64,000 bases of DNA from contig JAWMAR010000021.1 of NCBI GenBank assembly GCA_036785375.1, forward strand, positions 3,100,001 to 3,164,000, given 5' to 3'. This DNA comes from Leucoraja ocellata (taxonomy: Eukaryota). Below the pieces are notes generated by a model. That model was not told the origin of the DNA. It did not search any database and was given only the letters and a program-made list of their open reading frames with translations. How positions within the stretch are numbered: the stretch's first letter is position 1; the number at the start of each line of letters is the position of its first letter. The translations under genes were made by a program, and so were the position numbers. This document shows, in pieces, positions 39,044 through 51,980 of the stretch.

Positions 39044-39433
39044 ATGAATGAATACGTTTAATGTCATTGCACAATACTGTGCAACGAAATTCCATTACAT
39101 CTCCTCCGGTTAAAAAAATACAAACAAGACAACCATTGACACATATGTACACTTATTAGTAAAATAATAAATAAGTATTTAAAAAGAATTAAAAAGAATT
39201 TGGTGGCATTTCTTGGAATTACATTTTGTTTCCCCAGTGTTCTCTGTTGGAATTAAGCTCTTTTATCGCACATGGGTAGAAACTATTTTTTAGTCTACCG
39301 GAGCGAGCCTTCAGAGACCTGAATTGCCTCCCAGAGGGTAGCAGAGTGAAAAGGTGGTTGGCAGGGTGGGGTGTGTCCTGCTTGATATTTGTGGCCCGGC
39401 GCAAGCATCGGGCCCTATATATATATCATCCAA
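39044..39433 (-). mobile_element. Rex1/Babar LINE 3' end
   Basis: HPANHLFTLLPSGR..LKNSFYP. Near-identical to 58368-58746. Confidence 0.88.
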
Positions 39434-39997
39434 GATAATACAAGGATAAGTGTTTCTCATCACATTTAGGCTGGAATAGGCAGTACAAACTCACAGTCTG
39501 TACTTACTGCAAGTACTACATCCTGGCAGGAGGACAGAATTTACAAATCTTGCTCATCCAAAATGTTCACATTCTTACCGATATGACAAATTCCCAACAG
39601 AAATGAAATAGAAACCGAGAACCTGTTGCTGACATTTGATGGGACAGTTATCCAAACCAATTCTTTATTCAGCTGATCTTGGATATGAGCAAAGTATCAG
39701 TCAATGTCTAGTCACTTCCTCATGAACAAACTAGTCCAAGATGTCCTCCTTCTTTAGGGAACGGGGGTTCCCTTCTTCCATCATAGATGAGGCACTCAAA
39801 TAACCCTCTGACATTTTTGCCACCTCCATCGGGATCCCATCACTAGCCACATCTTCCCATCTCCACCACATTCCGCCGTCCGCAGGGACCGTTCCCTCCG
39901 CAACTCCCTGGTTAACTCATCCCTTCCCACCCAAGCCACCCCCTCCCTAGGTACCTTCCCCTGCAAACGCAGGAGATGCAACACCTGTCCCTATACC

Positions 39998-42419
39998 CAG
40001 GGCTGCCAACATTGGGTGAGAGTTGAGAGTGAGAAATTACGAGGGAGCGTAGCGACCGAGGGGGGGAGGGTGTGGGAGGAGGGTGTCCAAGGTAGGGAGC
40101 TTTTGCATTTTTCAGCTTGGTGCAATCTGGTGCATATTGGAGCGAGCCTTTTAACTCCCGAGAATGCGGGCCGGCCCAGGTGCTCCTTGTCCAGCTGGGG
40201 TCCGGGGGAGGTGAGGGTCAGTGACCCGGTAGTCGGGCATCGGAGCGGAGCCTTAGCCCGAGATTCATCCCCGCGGCTCCGGATGCGGAACCGACGCCCC
40301 CACTAACCCGCCCGCACCTGGCTCCGGGCCGGGATTAAAACTCCATGTGGTGTGGATAGGCCGACGGACATAGAGCCGCCAGAGGTGAGGGTGGGAGGTG
40401 TGTGCCATGCCTCGGGGGGGGGGGGGGGGGGGAGGGTAGGGGGATTGGAGCTGGGACCACCGCCGTGTCTCACCTCATCTGCATGGGAGAAACTAAACTA
40501 CTTTTTTTCCCCCAAAATCATCCGGCGGACCGGTAGTTTGACAGCCCTGACCTAAACCAATGCCCTCTAGTTCTTGAATCACATATCCCGGGAAAAAGAC
40601 TATGAATTCACCTTATATTCCCCTCATGGTTTTACTCACCTCTAAAACAATTTTTGCTTTATTTTGAACTTCCAGCATCTGCAGATTTTTGAGTGTGAGA
40701 AATTTGTGATCAACGTGAGAGCATGAGAATTTTGTGAAATGCGTGAGTCTCACACTTAATGCGTGAGAGTTGGCAGCCCAGCCATTTGCTAATAATGCAA
40801 ACATTTTATGCAAGTTCCAATTGTTTGGACAAAAATCACTTATTACTGCTTTATAACAGTTAAGTTACTTTAAGACCATTTCAGAAATTATGGCACTCAA
40901 CGAACAATCAACTAACAAATTAAAACAAACTAAAAAAAATAACGTTCCCTTTCCCGACTCTACCTCATAAGTACTTTAACGCTGTTAACAGAGCAAAGGG
41001 AAATTAATCTCATGGGGGGAAAGTGGGGTCAATTTTGCCTAAATGGTCATTCTAAGGCCATTCAGATCTGCATAGTCAGAGTTGCACAACATGTACACGG
41101 CTGGCCTAATTTGTCCATAATGATCAAGTTGGCATTCTGCGTGCCCCGGGACTGGCTGCAGTTTCCACATCAGCTCGCGTCCCAGGGACTGGCTGCAGAT
41201 CTCATGACGGCTCGCCTGCCCTGACCCCGCAAAACCGAATTGAAAAAAAACCCTGCGGTTTTTCAGGTTACGGGCCGGATTTGGCCTGTTTGCCGTAGGT
41301 TGCCAAACCCTGTCCTAGATGTTTGGCCTCATTGTGGTCCTCCCCATGTTTTACAACTGATTCCCCTGGTTAGTTCTCTCTCCAGCTGCTTCATGTTGTC
41401 AGCGGCTGCACATCCAACCAAGAAAGAAGAGAAGAGAAGAAACGCAACGTCACTCACAACCGTCAACTGACGCGCTTCCCCTGACCGCACAGATCACTCT
41501 GATGTGGCGCAAAGAGACAAACTGCGCAGGGATTGAAGACAGCGTGAGCATTTTGTCATCAGCGTGAGAGCGTGAGAATTGGCTTAAATGAGTGACCCTC
41601 GCGCTCAAAGCGTGAGTGTTGGCAGCCCTGTCTAAGGTCAGGATGTGACAACACACACAGGGAGACACATACACAAAGGAAGACACACACACACACATAC
41701 ACAGGGAGACAGCCAGACACACACAGGGAGGCACACACACACACACAGGGAGGCGCACACACACATACACAGAGACACGCGCACACGCACACACACACAC
41801 ACATGGAGACACACACACACACAAGCACAGGGAGACACACACACACAAGGAGACACACACAGGGAGACAGACACAGACACACACCTTTCCTTTCCCCCTC
41901 CCTCCATCTTTCTCCCCTTTCTCCTTCCCCCCCCTTCATCTCCTTTCTACCTTCCCTCCCCTATCTCTCTTTGCCTCCATCCCTCCCTTTTTTTCTTTCC
42001 CTCTCTCTCTCTTCCTCCCCTCCCTCTCTCCTCCCTCTCTCTCCCGGACGCCCAATAGGGAGACTAGCGGGCACGGTGCAGCGTGAATTGGCGGTGCTGG
42101 CGCTGCCGTGTGAGTTGATGGGCAGGAGGGAGGGAAGGAGTGAGGTTGCCGCTGTAGCCGGAAGCGCAGCGCTCGCAGCCAGCACACGGAGGCTCTGACA
42201 CCCGTTGCCTGGGACCGACGCGCTTCCCCAGACCATGCAGATCGCTGTCATGTGGCGCAAAGAGACAAACTGTGCAGCAAAGATCGTATAACTCCGCTAT
42301 AGGATCTTGACTGTGCAAGGACTAAAGACAGCGTGAGAATTCTGTCATCAGCGTGAGAGAATGAGAATTGGTTGAAATGCGTGACTCTAACGCTCAAAGC
42401 GTGAGAGTTGGCAGCCCTG
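39998..42419. mobile_element. Non-autonomous TIR DNA transposon (P- or hAT-like), composite, 2.4 kb
   Basis: Perfect 13-bp TIR cagggctgccaac/gttggcagccctg. 7-bp TSD ctatacc (39991-39997 and 42420-42426). gcgtgag subterminal repeats. No transposase ORF. Confidence 0.88.
41648..42045. repeat. (CA)n-rich then CT-rich low-complexity tract inside the TIR element
   Basis: acacacacagggagac-type units followed by a polypyrimidine run. Confidence 0.9.
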
Positions 42420-42678
42420 CTATACCTCCTCCCTCGACTTTGTCCAGGAACCCCGACAGTCCTTTCAGGTGAGGCAGAGGTTCACTTGCACCTCCTCCAA
42501 CCTCATCTACCGTCTCCGTTGTGCTTATGCAATGGCGAGACCAAACATAGCCCTACCTGATCTCCCGGTTGCCAAACACTTTAATTCCCCTTCCCATTCC
42601 CACACTGACCTTTCTGTCCTAGGCCTCCTCTATTGTCAGCGTGAGGCTAGACGCAAATTAGAAGAACAGCATCTCATA

Positions 42679-44138
42679 GAAACATCGAAAATAGGTGCAG
42701 GAGTAGGCCATTCGGCCCTTCGAGCCTGCACCGCCATTCAATATGATCATGGCTGATCATCCAACTCAGTATCCTGTACCTGCCTTCTCTCCACTAGTCA
42801 CTGCCTGCCATTCTGAAAAGGACCCGTTTACTCCTACTTTTTGCTTCCTGTCTGCCAGCCAGTTCCCTATCCACATCAATACTGAACCTTCAATACCGTG
42901 TGCTTTAGGTTTGTATGCTAATCTCTTATGTGGGACCTTGTCGAAAGCCTTCTGAAAGTCCAGATATAACACATCCACTGGTTCTCCCTTATCCACGCTA
43001 CTAGTTACATCCTCGAAAAATTCTATAAGATTCGTCAGACATGATTTACCTTTCATAAATCCATGCTGACTTTGCCCAATGATTTCACCACTTTCCAAAT
43101 GTGCTGCTATCCCATCTTTAATAACTGACTCTAGCAGTTTCCCCAGTGCCGATGTTAGACTAACTGGTCTGTAATACCCGTTTTCTCTCTCCCTCCCTTT
43201 TTACAAAGTGGGGTTACATTAACTACCCTCCAATCCTCAGGAACTACTCCAGAATCTAAAGAATTTTGAAAAATTATCACTAATGCATCCACTATTTCTG
43301 CGGCTACTTCCTTAAGTACTCTGGGATGCAGCTTATCAGGCCCTGGGGATTTATCGGCCTTTAATCCATTCAATTTACCCAACACCATTTCCCGGCTAAC
43401 CTGGATTTCACTCAGTTCCTCCATCTCATTTGACCCCCAGTCCCCTGCTATTTCCGGCAGATTATTTATGTCTTCCTTAGTGAAGACAGAACCAAAGTAG
43501 TTATTCAATTGGTCTGCCATGTCTTTGTTCCACATGATCAATTCACCTGTTTCTCTGCAAGGGACCTACATTTGTTTTAACTAACCTTTTTCTCTTCACA
43601 TATCTATAAAAACTTTTGCAGTCAGTTTTTATGTTCCCTGCCAGTTTTCTTTCATAATCTATTTTCCCTTTCCTAATTAAGCCCTTTGTTCTCCTCTGCT
43701 GGACTCTGAATTTCTCCCAGTCCACTGGTAGGCTGCTTTTTCTGGCTAATTTGTATGCTTCATCTTTTGTTTTGATACTATCCCTGATTTCCCTTGTTAT
43801 CCACGGATGCACTACCTTCCCTGATTTATTCTTTTACTAAATGGGATGAACAATTGTTGTAGGTCATCCATGCAGTCTTTAAATGCCTTCCATTGCATAT
43901 TCACCGTCAACCCTTTAAGAATCAATTGCCAGTCTATCTTGGCCAATTCACGTCTCATACCCTCAAAGTTACCTTTCTTTAAGTTCAGGACCCTTGTTTC
44001 AGAATTCACAATGTCACTCTCCATCCTAATGAAGAACTCAACCATATTATAGTCACTCTTGCCCAAGGGGCCACGCACAACAAGACTGCTAACTAACCCT
44101 TCCTCATCACTCAAAACCCAGTCTAGAATAGCCTGCTC
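42679..44138 (-). mobile_element. CR1 LINE with an internal deletion
   Basis: EN/RT pieces (ILDWVL, LGKSDYN, KSPGPD, QHGFMKGKSCLTNL, DFQKAFDKVPH) joined directly to GEKAGTGY and the 3' UTR. tctcata direct repeats at 42672-42678 and 44139-44145. Confidence 0.93.
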
Positions 44139-45654
44139 TCTCATATTTCACGGGCAGTTTACAACCCAGTGGTATGAATATTGATTTATCTAATTTCAAG
44201 TAACCCCTACATTCCCTCTCTCCCAATTCCTCCCCCACCCAAGTCACATCAGCTTCTCGTTCTCACCTATCAAACAGCTAATAATAGCCTGTTTCCTTTA
44301 TCAGTGTTACTTTTTTGCATATCTTTCATTCATTTGTTCTACTTCTCTCTTCATCACTGTCTATATCTCTAGTTTCCCTTTCCCCTGACTCTAGTCCACA
44401 AAGTGTCTCGACCCAAAACATCACCCATTCCTTCTTCCAGAGATGCTGCCTGTCCCGCTGAGTTACTCTAGCTTTTTGTGTCTATCTTCTTTAAATAAGA
44501 CAGAAAATGAGCATTACCCAGTTCACATACTTGAACCTAAGGACCCGAGGGACAATTTTTCTACATAGAAGGTGGTGTGTGTATGCAATTAGCTGCTGTA
44601 AGATATATCTGTGGGAGGTACAATAACATTTGAAGCACATTTGAACATATGCATGAAAAGGAAAGATTTAGAGAGATATGGGCCAAACGTGGGTAATTGG
44701 GATGAGTTTAGTGCAGGAATCTTGGCCAGCATGGATGAATTGTGCCGAAGGGCCTGTCTCCATGCTGTATTGCTCCATGGGTCCATATTGAAGAGATTAA
44801 GGAGAGGCCAGGCATTGTAAAGTGAACCATTGTGGTTTAAAGCTACACTGGAAACATGGAGCTAGAATTGATATCAGTCCATGGATAACGTCCCTGGTTA
44901 CATGCGATTCTGACGGCAGAAACGTGTCAACAGCAGCTGGTGCCATCTGTTGTTGTAAAGCTCTGCTTATTAATAATGTCTATTGCAAAGTAAATGGCAT
45001 CTTTTGAGGATTTGACAACTCCTAAAAAACACGACTGAAAAATTATTTGTTTGTTACTGAGCCATAACCTCAAGCTGGACAGCTTGCTCTAATTCCCCAG
45101 GTCTGAGCTGGCTTTCAAAAGCTTTGATTGTTTCTCACTGGCCTAGATCTTAGTGTTTTAAATGGAACCAATGACGTTTATTCACTTAGAAAGAAGCACA
45201 CTCAGGGTGTCCCCATACGTGCTGTCATATGCTGATGCCCCAGACTCCTGGGGATTGAGTATTTGCTATGATTTCTCTGTGCACACCATGAAAATTGTCT
45301 CTTTGATATTTGTGTCAAGTAAGATGTGGTGCAGGATACAAGACCCCAAATGTTTCGAAAGGGAATTGTAGTTTTCCAGGCCTTTCTGGGGCAGGTTCTC
45401 CTGAATTTTGGTTAAGCCAGCCCAAAGAATCTGTGGAGGACTACCGCAGTCTAGTGTCCTACGTTACAGGACATTAAGAGGCAGTGCCCGGTGGGGCCAC
45501 ACCTCAAACAAGGGTAATGATATCATCCCACGGGGCCACAAGAAAGGAAAGGGTGTTTTGTTTAAAAGCAAGTGCAAATACTACTGAGTATGACACTTTT
45601 GAATGAATAGACACTGCAAATGTATGAAGAGTTTTTGCATATATATATATATTT

Positions 45655-45970
45655 TGGAGATACAGCATATAAACAGGCCCTTCGGCCAACCGAGTCCATG
45701 CCGACCATTGATCATCCGTTTACACGAGTTCAATATTATCCCACTTTCACACCCACTCCCGGTGCACTTGGGGCAATTCACAGATGGCAATTAACCTACA
45801 AACCCGCATGTCTTTGAGAGATTGGGGGAAACCGGAGCGCCCGGAGGAAACCCATGTGGTCACAGGGACAACGTGCAAACTACAGACAGACATCATCCGA
45901 GGGTCAGGATTGAACCTGGGTCTCTAGTGCTGTGACGCAGCAACTCTGCCAGTTGAACCACCAGGTTGCC
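45655..45970 (-). mobile_element. HE1-like SINE
   Basis: Reverse-complement SINE head, core and tail. Confidence 0.8.
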
Positions 45971-46263
45971 CCTATTCTGAAGGAAAGGTTGTCCTCGAAT
46001 AGGAAAAAGCTCCATGAGCAGCCTTGCCACCACTCAGTCAGTCATAATCGCTCTAGACCTGGACTTAAACCACGGGCAATGTCTCTGTGGACCAGGCCAG
46101 CACGATCAAACATGAGTCTGATTATTCAGAATGAATTGAACATTATGTATGAACAGAATGAATGAAGTACTAAATGAACCAAACTATTGAAAGCCACACA
46201 AGTACAGTTTGAAAAAATAATCTTGAAAATGTAAATTTAAAGATACAAAGAAAAATCTTGATA

Positions 46264-46630
46264 TTTAGAGACACAGTGTGGAAACAGGCCCTTTGGCCCA
46301 CCAAATCTGTGCCGACCAATGATCACCCAGTACACTTGCAATATCCTATACACCAGGGACAATCTACAGAAGCCAATTAACATATAGTCTGAAGTCGCCT
46401 ATTCCTTCTCTCCATAAATGCTGCCTCACCCGCTGAGTTTCTCCAGCATTTTTGTCTACCCACAACATATAAACCTGTACGTCTTTGGAGTGTGGGAGGA
46501 AACCAGAGCACCCAGGGAAAACCCACACAGTTACAGGGAGAACATACAAATTCCGTACAGACAGCACCTGTAGTCGAGATCGAACCAGGGTCTCTGCCGC
46601 TGTAAGACAGCAACTCTGCAGCTGCTCCAA
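46264..46630 (-). mobile_element. HE1-like SINE with a nested pLTR fragment (~46385-46462)
   Basis: The SINE is interrupted at aattaaca by ...cctattccttctctccata...atttttgtctac. Confidence 0.8.
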
Positions 46631-47129
46631 TGTGCCTCTTGATTCATCTCTCCCCTTAGTTGCTCACAATTGCTCTCATTCACTGAATTCAATCTGGAAA
46701 ATGTTCATTCTCTGGGACTAATCTGCCGCAGATTGTTTGAGCAGATTCCTCACCATATATTGTGCAAAACTACCACCACTTAGTGCAACCTCACTGGTCT
46801 TCAACATTGGAGCACAGTTGGCATAAAGTTACCATAATTTCAGAAATTCTACATTCAGACTTAATTACCAGAACTGCAATGACATGGGGAAAGCATGACA
46901 CAAATACAAGTATCCAATAACAAATCCACACAAATCAGGTCATCTGCATACACTCGCAGAAGAGGTTCAAACTTAGAAAGTTCTATTTGACATTGTTCAG
47001 TCACGAGTGCAACATGCATTTGCTGGCTAAGTATGCATGTGTAAATGGTGCAAGAAAATCCTAAAGGTGCCAAAATCTAGAAGCAGCTTACCCTATATAA
47101 TTGTTTTGGATTCAATACAACTGTCCAGG

Positions 47130-47381
47130 GGCAAGGCAACTTTACTTTGGCAAGGCAACTTTAATTAGGCAAGGCAACTTTAATTAGGCAAGGCAACTTT
47201 AATTAGGCAACACAGCTTTAGCATTTCCAAACCAAAGGCAACACAGCTAGCATTTCCAAACCAAAGGCAACACAGGTTTAGCATTTCCAAACCAAAGCCA
47301 ACACAGCTTTAGCATTTCCAAACCAAAGGCAACACAGCTTTAGCATTTCCAAACCAAAGGCAACACAGCTTTAGCATTTCC
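47130..47381. repeat. Compound minisatellite: 19-bp x4, then 31-bp x~5.7
   Basis: ggcaaggcaactttaatta and ggcaacacagctttagcatttccaaaccaaa units, with no spacers. Confidence 0.92.
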
Positions 47382-47552
47382 ATCCGGCACCCAAAGTCGC
47401 CTGGACCATTTTTGACATCTCCCTACCGTATCTAGAGCTCACTATCTCCATCGACATCTACTATCCCAGTGGCTCAGCACTTCAACTCCCCCTCCCGGCG
47501 CCGTCAACGCACACCTCCAGATTCAGGGACAGTTTCCTCCCAGCTGCAGAGA

Positions 47553-48320
47553 AGTTTAGTTTGTCATGTGTGTTTTAAACAGGAACAGGTCACAGATACA
47601 GTGAAAAGCTTTTGTTGTGTGATTACAATCGAGCCATCCATAGTGTGCAGATACATGATAAGCAAATAACGTTTAGTGCAAGATCAAGCAAGTGAAGTCC
47701 AATCAAAGATAGTCCGAGGGTCTCCAATGAGGTAGATGGTAGTTTAGGACTGCTCTCTAGTTGTGGTAGGAAGGTTCAGTTGCCTGATAACAGTTGGGAA
47801 GAAACTGTCCCTGAATCTGGAGGTGTGCGGTTTCATACTTCTATACCTTTTGCCCGATAGAAGAGGAGAGAAGAGGGAATGGCCAGAGTGCGACGACCTT
47901 GATTATGCTCCTGGCCTTGCCGAGGCAGCGTGAGGTATAAATGGAGTCAATGAAATGGAGCTTGGTTTGTGCAATGGTCTGGGTTGCGTCCAAAAGTCTT
48001 GTTGTCTTGGATGGAGCTGTTCCAAAACCAAGTTGTGTTGCATCCTGGTAAAATTCCTTCTACGGCGCATCTATAGAAGTTGGTGAGAGTTGTTGGGGGC
48101 ATGCTGAACTTCCAAAGCCTTCTAAGGAAGTAAAGGTGTTAGTGTGCAATTCTGGCCATTGTTTTAATTTGGGTGGTTCAGGAGAAGGTTTTGGCGATAT
48201 TTACTCCTAGGAATTTGAAGTTTTCAACCATATCTACTTCGGCGCCGTCAACGCAAACTGGGGTATGTGTACCGCTTCGCTTCCTGAAGTCGATACTATC
48301 TCCTTTGTCTTGCTGATATA
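47553..48320 (-). mobile_element. Rex1/Babar LINE 3' fragment
   Basis: IDFRKRSGTHTPVCVDGAEVDMVENFKFLGVNI plus the 3' UTR. Confidence 0.85.
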
Positions 48321-51300
48321 ACATACAAATACAAGTAACATACAAACCTATTGAACAGCAAATTTGCGATCCAGCAATCTTGTCTTGCTGAACACAAAGA
48401 GCTGCATAAGATTGATGAGGGATTCTGACCCAAAACATCCTTCATCTTTTTCTCCAGAGATGTTGCCTGACCACTGAGTTACTCCAGCACTTTGTGTCTA
48501 TCTATGGTATACACCAGATTCTGCAGTTTTTTTTTCTACAGCATTTTTGGAGAACATGGATAGGTGACCTTTTGCGTCAAGACCCTTCTTCATGCTAATT
48601 ATGGTGGTGGTTGGGGGAGAAGACAGCTGGAAGAGTGGAGGGGCAGGATAAAGCCTGGCAAGTAATGGGTGGATACAGTTGAGAAGAGTTTTTGATAGAC
48701 AGATGGTTGGACAAAGGCCAGAGATGAAAAGACAAAAGGTGTGAGATATGGATAGAAGAGTTGCAAAACCTGTTTTGTTTCTAAGCACGTTTTGTGAATG
48801 GCAGATTGACAAACACACAATGTGGCTGAGTGACCTATCAAATATTTTAGCCATGAACACATGTACAGTGCTTTGCCCCTTCCAAATTGGACTGAGCCTC
48901 TACCACATTTCTTTCCCAAAACTTCAAAAGCAACATTAATAATTAAGTTATCTAAGAATGTTCAATGATTTTATTCCATTGTTTGATACTGAAAGGTTAG
49001 GTCACGTCTGCGGCAACATCAGTGGCAGCCCTCGCACCTTTCCTGTTCTACATCCTCAATCTTGTCATTTTTCACCATGAGGTAGTCATGGCAACTTGCA
49101 CACCCACACTCAATGCAGAAGACTTACCAACGGAAAAGTCTTCTCAAAATAAATACAGTACAACTTTAAATATCTATATATGTAACATATACTTCATGGT
49201 TAAAAATTGTACCACAAAAATAATTAAACAAAATGGATGTCTTTAAAGCAAGATGAACTGCGACCATACCTCGGACTTGAATTAAAACATACATCAATCT
49301 GTGATACTAATCAATTACATAATCAGTATGACCCTGCATGTTGACACGTTCATTTTTCCACTACAAAACAATCTAGCCCAAATGAAAATTTCCACATTCA
49401 TTCTCAAACACATCATGACTGATTATATATTGAAAGGGAAATACAGTAGCTGGCACAGACAAGAGGACATGTCATAATTCATTCAATCTGTAGATGACAA
49501 ATCTACAAGTGTGTAAATGTTTTTCAAAAAACTGTAAAATTACGGCAGCTGATTTCTTTGGTAGTATTAGTCATCGTCTTCATGGTGATGTCATATTAAA
49601 GGTAAAAATATTTAAGTGATGGAAATATAATTCATTTTTGATTTGTTTAGTGCTGCAAAGCATTCTCTGTGTCAATATGATGAATGCACCTTTTAGAGAG
49701 TTAGCAGTGTATAATAGCATGGCACCACTCCTGCTTAACTTCATATGTGGTAATTGGTCACACTAGTGTAATTTTGTTAGGAAGTGTTCCATCAAGGCAT
49801 TTGTTGTATATCAAATATTAAATTCTGCAAAAAGGATCAAATCTTCAGCTAATCTTTGATAAAAATTTAAAACAAGAACAGAGATTTTTATACATCTTCA
49901 CATATGATACTTTTATATAATTTTTCATCTTCCAGCTTTGATTTCATGGTTATTTATCTGATGCATGTGAATGAAAATAAAACCAATTCTCAAAAATACA
50001 ATCAACAGAGAACATACTTTAGACTTTTAAACAAAATTGCAATATGGTGGTAGAGGGCAGGAGGGTAACTTTCTTTCAGTTACAGAAATACCACAATAAC
50101 ACAATGCAGATGACGGAGACAAAAATAGCAACTTGTATCATGGCACCACTTATAAAAGAATGAACTTGTACAAATATAGTATGTTTTGACCATAACTACA
50201 TCACAAAATGCTGCACAATCAAATAATATACATTTGGACAAATAGATGAATGGGAATGGATTAGAGGCATACGGGCCAAATGCAAGCAAATGTGTCTAGT
50301 CCAGAATGTTAACTTGGTCAGTATGGATTAGTTGGGTCACAGAGCCCATTTCTATGCTGAGTAGCTCTAATATTATACCTCCAAATTCTATTTTTAGAAA
50401 GGGATGCACCAACAAAATGTATAAAATACTGCAACAAATTTCATGCATTTATTTCCTCTAACATCAATGAGATAAAGATTAGAAAACCTTGGAAATGTTG
50501 TCTTAAGTGCAAACATTGGACAATGCACCCAGATGGCACTGGGAGTGAGCTGTCATATTCTTTGAAGATTGCCACAGCCACTCAGTACGCAAACAGGATC
50601 TTGGCTTAGTATCTCATCTGAATGATGACATTGACTATCTTGTGCTCCCACAGTACCGCATTGAAATAACAGCTTGGAACAGATATTAGGAAAAAGAAAA
50701 ATCTTACAACTCAACCTGAAAAACGATACAAGTGTACTCGCATTCCACCAAATTCCCGTTTTGGATATATTGATTGTACTTGTGTGTAATAGATTCAACA
50801 TTAAATGCTTTGAAATATTACTATTTTGTGCCAAAATAACGCGCGTTGCATGCTGCAAATGAAAAGTAACTTTGCCTAATTTAATTAATACCTTCATTCA
50901 AATCTCACTGTTACTCATTACTTCGCTGCAATCAATCATCTTCTAACTCATGATTCTCCTGATTTACCCAAACGATGATGGTGGCCAATGGAAAGTGGCT
51001 TCATTTTATAGCTTATTTTGCACATGAAACAAAGTTCCTCAAACAATTAATTGTTACCTGATGGAACATATGCTTCTGGTCTCAATGTTACAACATGGGA
51101 ATCATCCAAAACAAAAGTGAATTAAATGCACAAGCAAGACTTTACTTAAATAATTTCCTTCTGTCATTGGGAAGCTTAGAAAATTAAAAACATTATTTAA
51201 AACCCGAAGCTGCTTTTTATCTGTTCCATGCAATCTGCACTATTTTCACACACAGAATTAATACTTGTAGTAATATTTCAACTGCTCCATTTAAAATGTA

Positions 51301-51959
51301 TTGCATTCAAGTACAATCAACAAATCAATACCTGGTAAAAGGTGTGTAATATTAGATAAAAAATAGTTACTATTGTTTAAGCTTCTTTGAAATAAATCTA
51401 GTAGGCATTGGAAGAAGTCCAGTTTGGCTAAAATCTAAATATTATTATACAGTACTTTTGTCCAACTTATCAAACAAGAGAAGGGAAATGATCCTCTTAG
51501 CAACCCCCTCCCATCTATGCAACTGACTGAAATGCTTTTGTCAATGAGAATGGCAAGACAGTTGAAATATATGTTGTTAATTGACTTAGTCCATTGCACC
51601 AATGGATTTTTTTAACATCCACTTTTAAAAGGACAGAATTGAAAGGACTAGGAAATGATTTAAGTAAATTCAAATATGATTTATTGAACTGATAGCACTT
51701 CTTCCAGATCTGAGAACAGAACACCATTCCAAAGCTCAATTGCAATACCTGTATTTTGAAGGGCCGTGTCATAACAAACAAAAATATGAATGCGTTAGAC
51801 TATTCTTTCCACAAGAAGAATCCAGTACTCAATGAGGTGATAAATCACTTGTGAAGAGTTGTAAAGATGATGAATTTGGTTATATTTATAAAACGTAGCG
51901 TGATCCACACCAGGATAGATAATATCAAGATACACATCTAATGGAACAAATAGGCTCAC

Positions 51960-51980
51960 CTGCAAGTTGCATTTCATCAT
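51960..51980 (-). CDS. Candidate 21-nt alternative microexon of MICU2 (adds DDEMQLA)
   Basis: tattaacatttttgttttgttttgctttatttccttag|ATGATGAAATGCAACTTGCAG|gtgagc. Branch-point-like TTAAC, long U tract, strong donor, symmetric phase 1, no stop. No transcript evidence available. Confidence 0.45.

Larger units (their letters stand above)
39735..44490 (+). mobile_element. Penelope remnant in three pieces (39735-39997, 42420-42678, 44139-44490)
   Basis: The pieces are collinear with the Penelope at 20450-21437 once the two nested insertions are removed. Confidence 0.85.

Noticed and set aside
39508-39522. 15-nt segment ctcctgccag|GATGTAGTACTTGCA|gtaagt
   Set aside because: Short tract, weak exonic donor bases, sandwiched between TEs. 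Not distinguishable from background without RNA data.
41450-42260. Cys/Val- and His/Thr-rich ORFs
   Set aside because: These are translations of the (CA)n and CT-rich low-complexity tract.
46861-47073. ORF containing YADD
   Set aside because: No other RT motifs surround it, so it is a chance tetrapeptide.
47130-47381. 31-bp repeats as a CRISPR array
   Set aside because: The units are head-to-tail without unique spacers, the context is eukaryotic and there are no cas genes.
49128-49142. 12/15-nt microexon before gtaagt, and a nearby RFX-like gtagtcatggcaac (49082-49095)
   Set aside because: Weak GAG/AAG acceptor. The single motif match has no other support.
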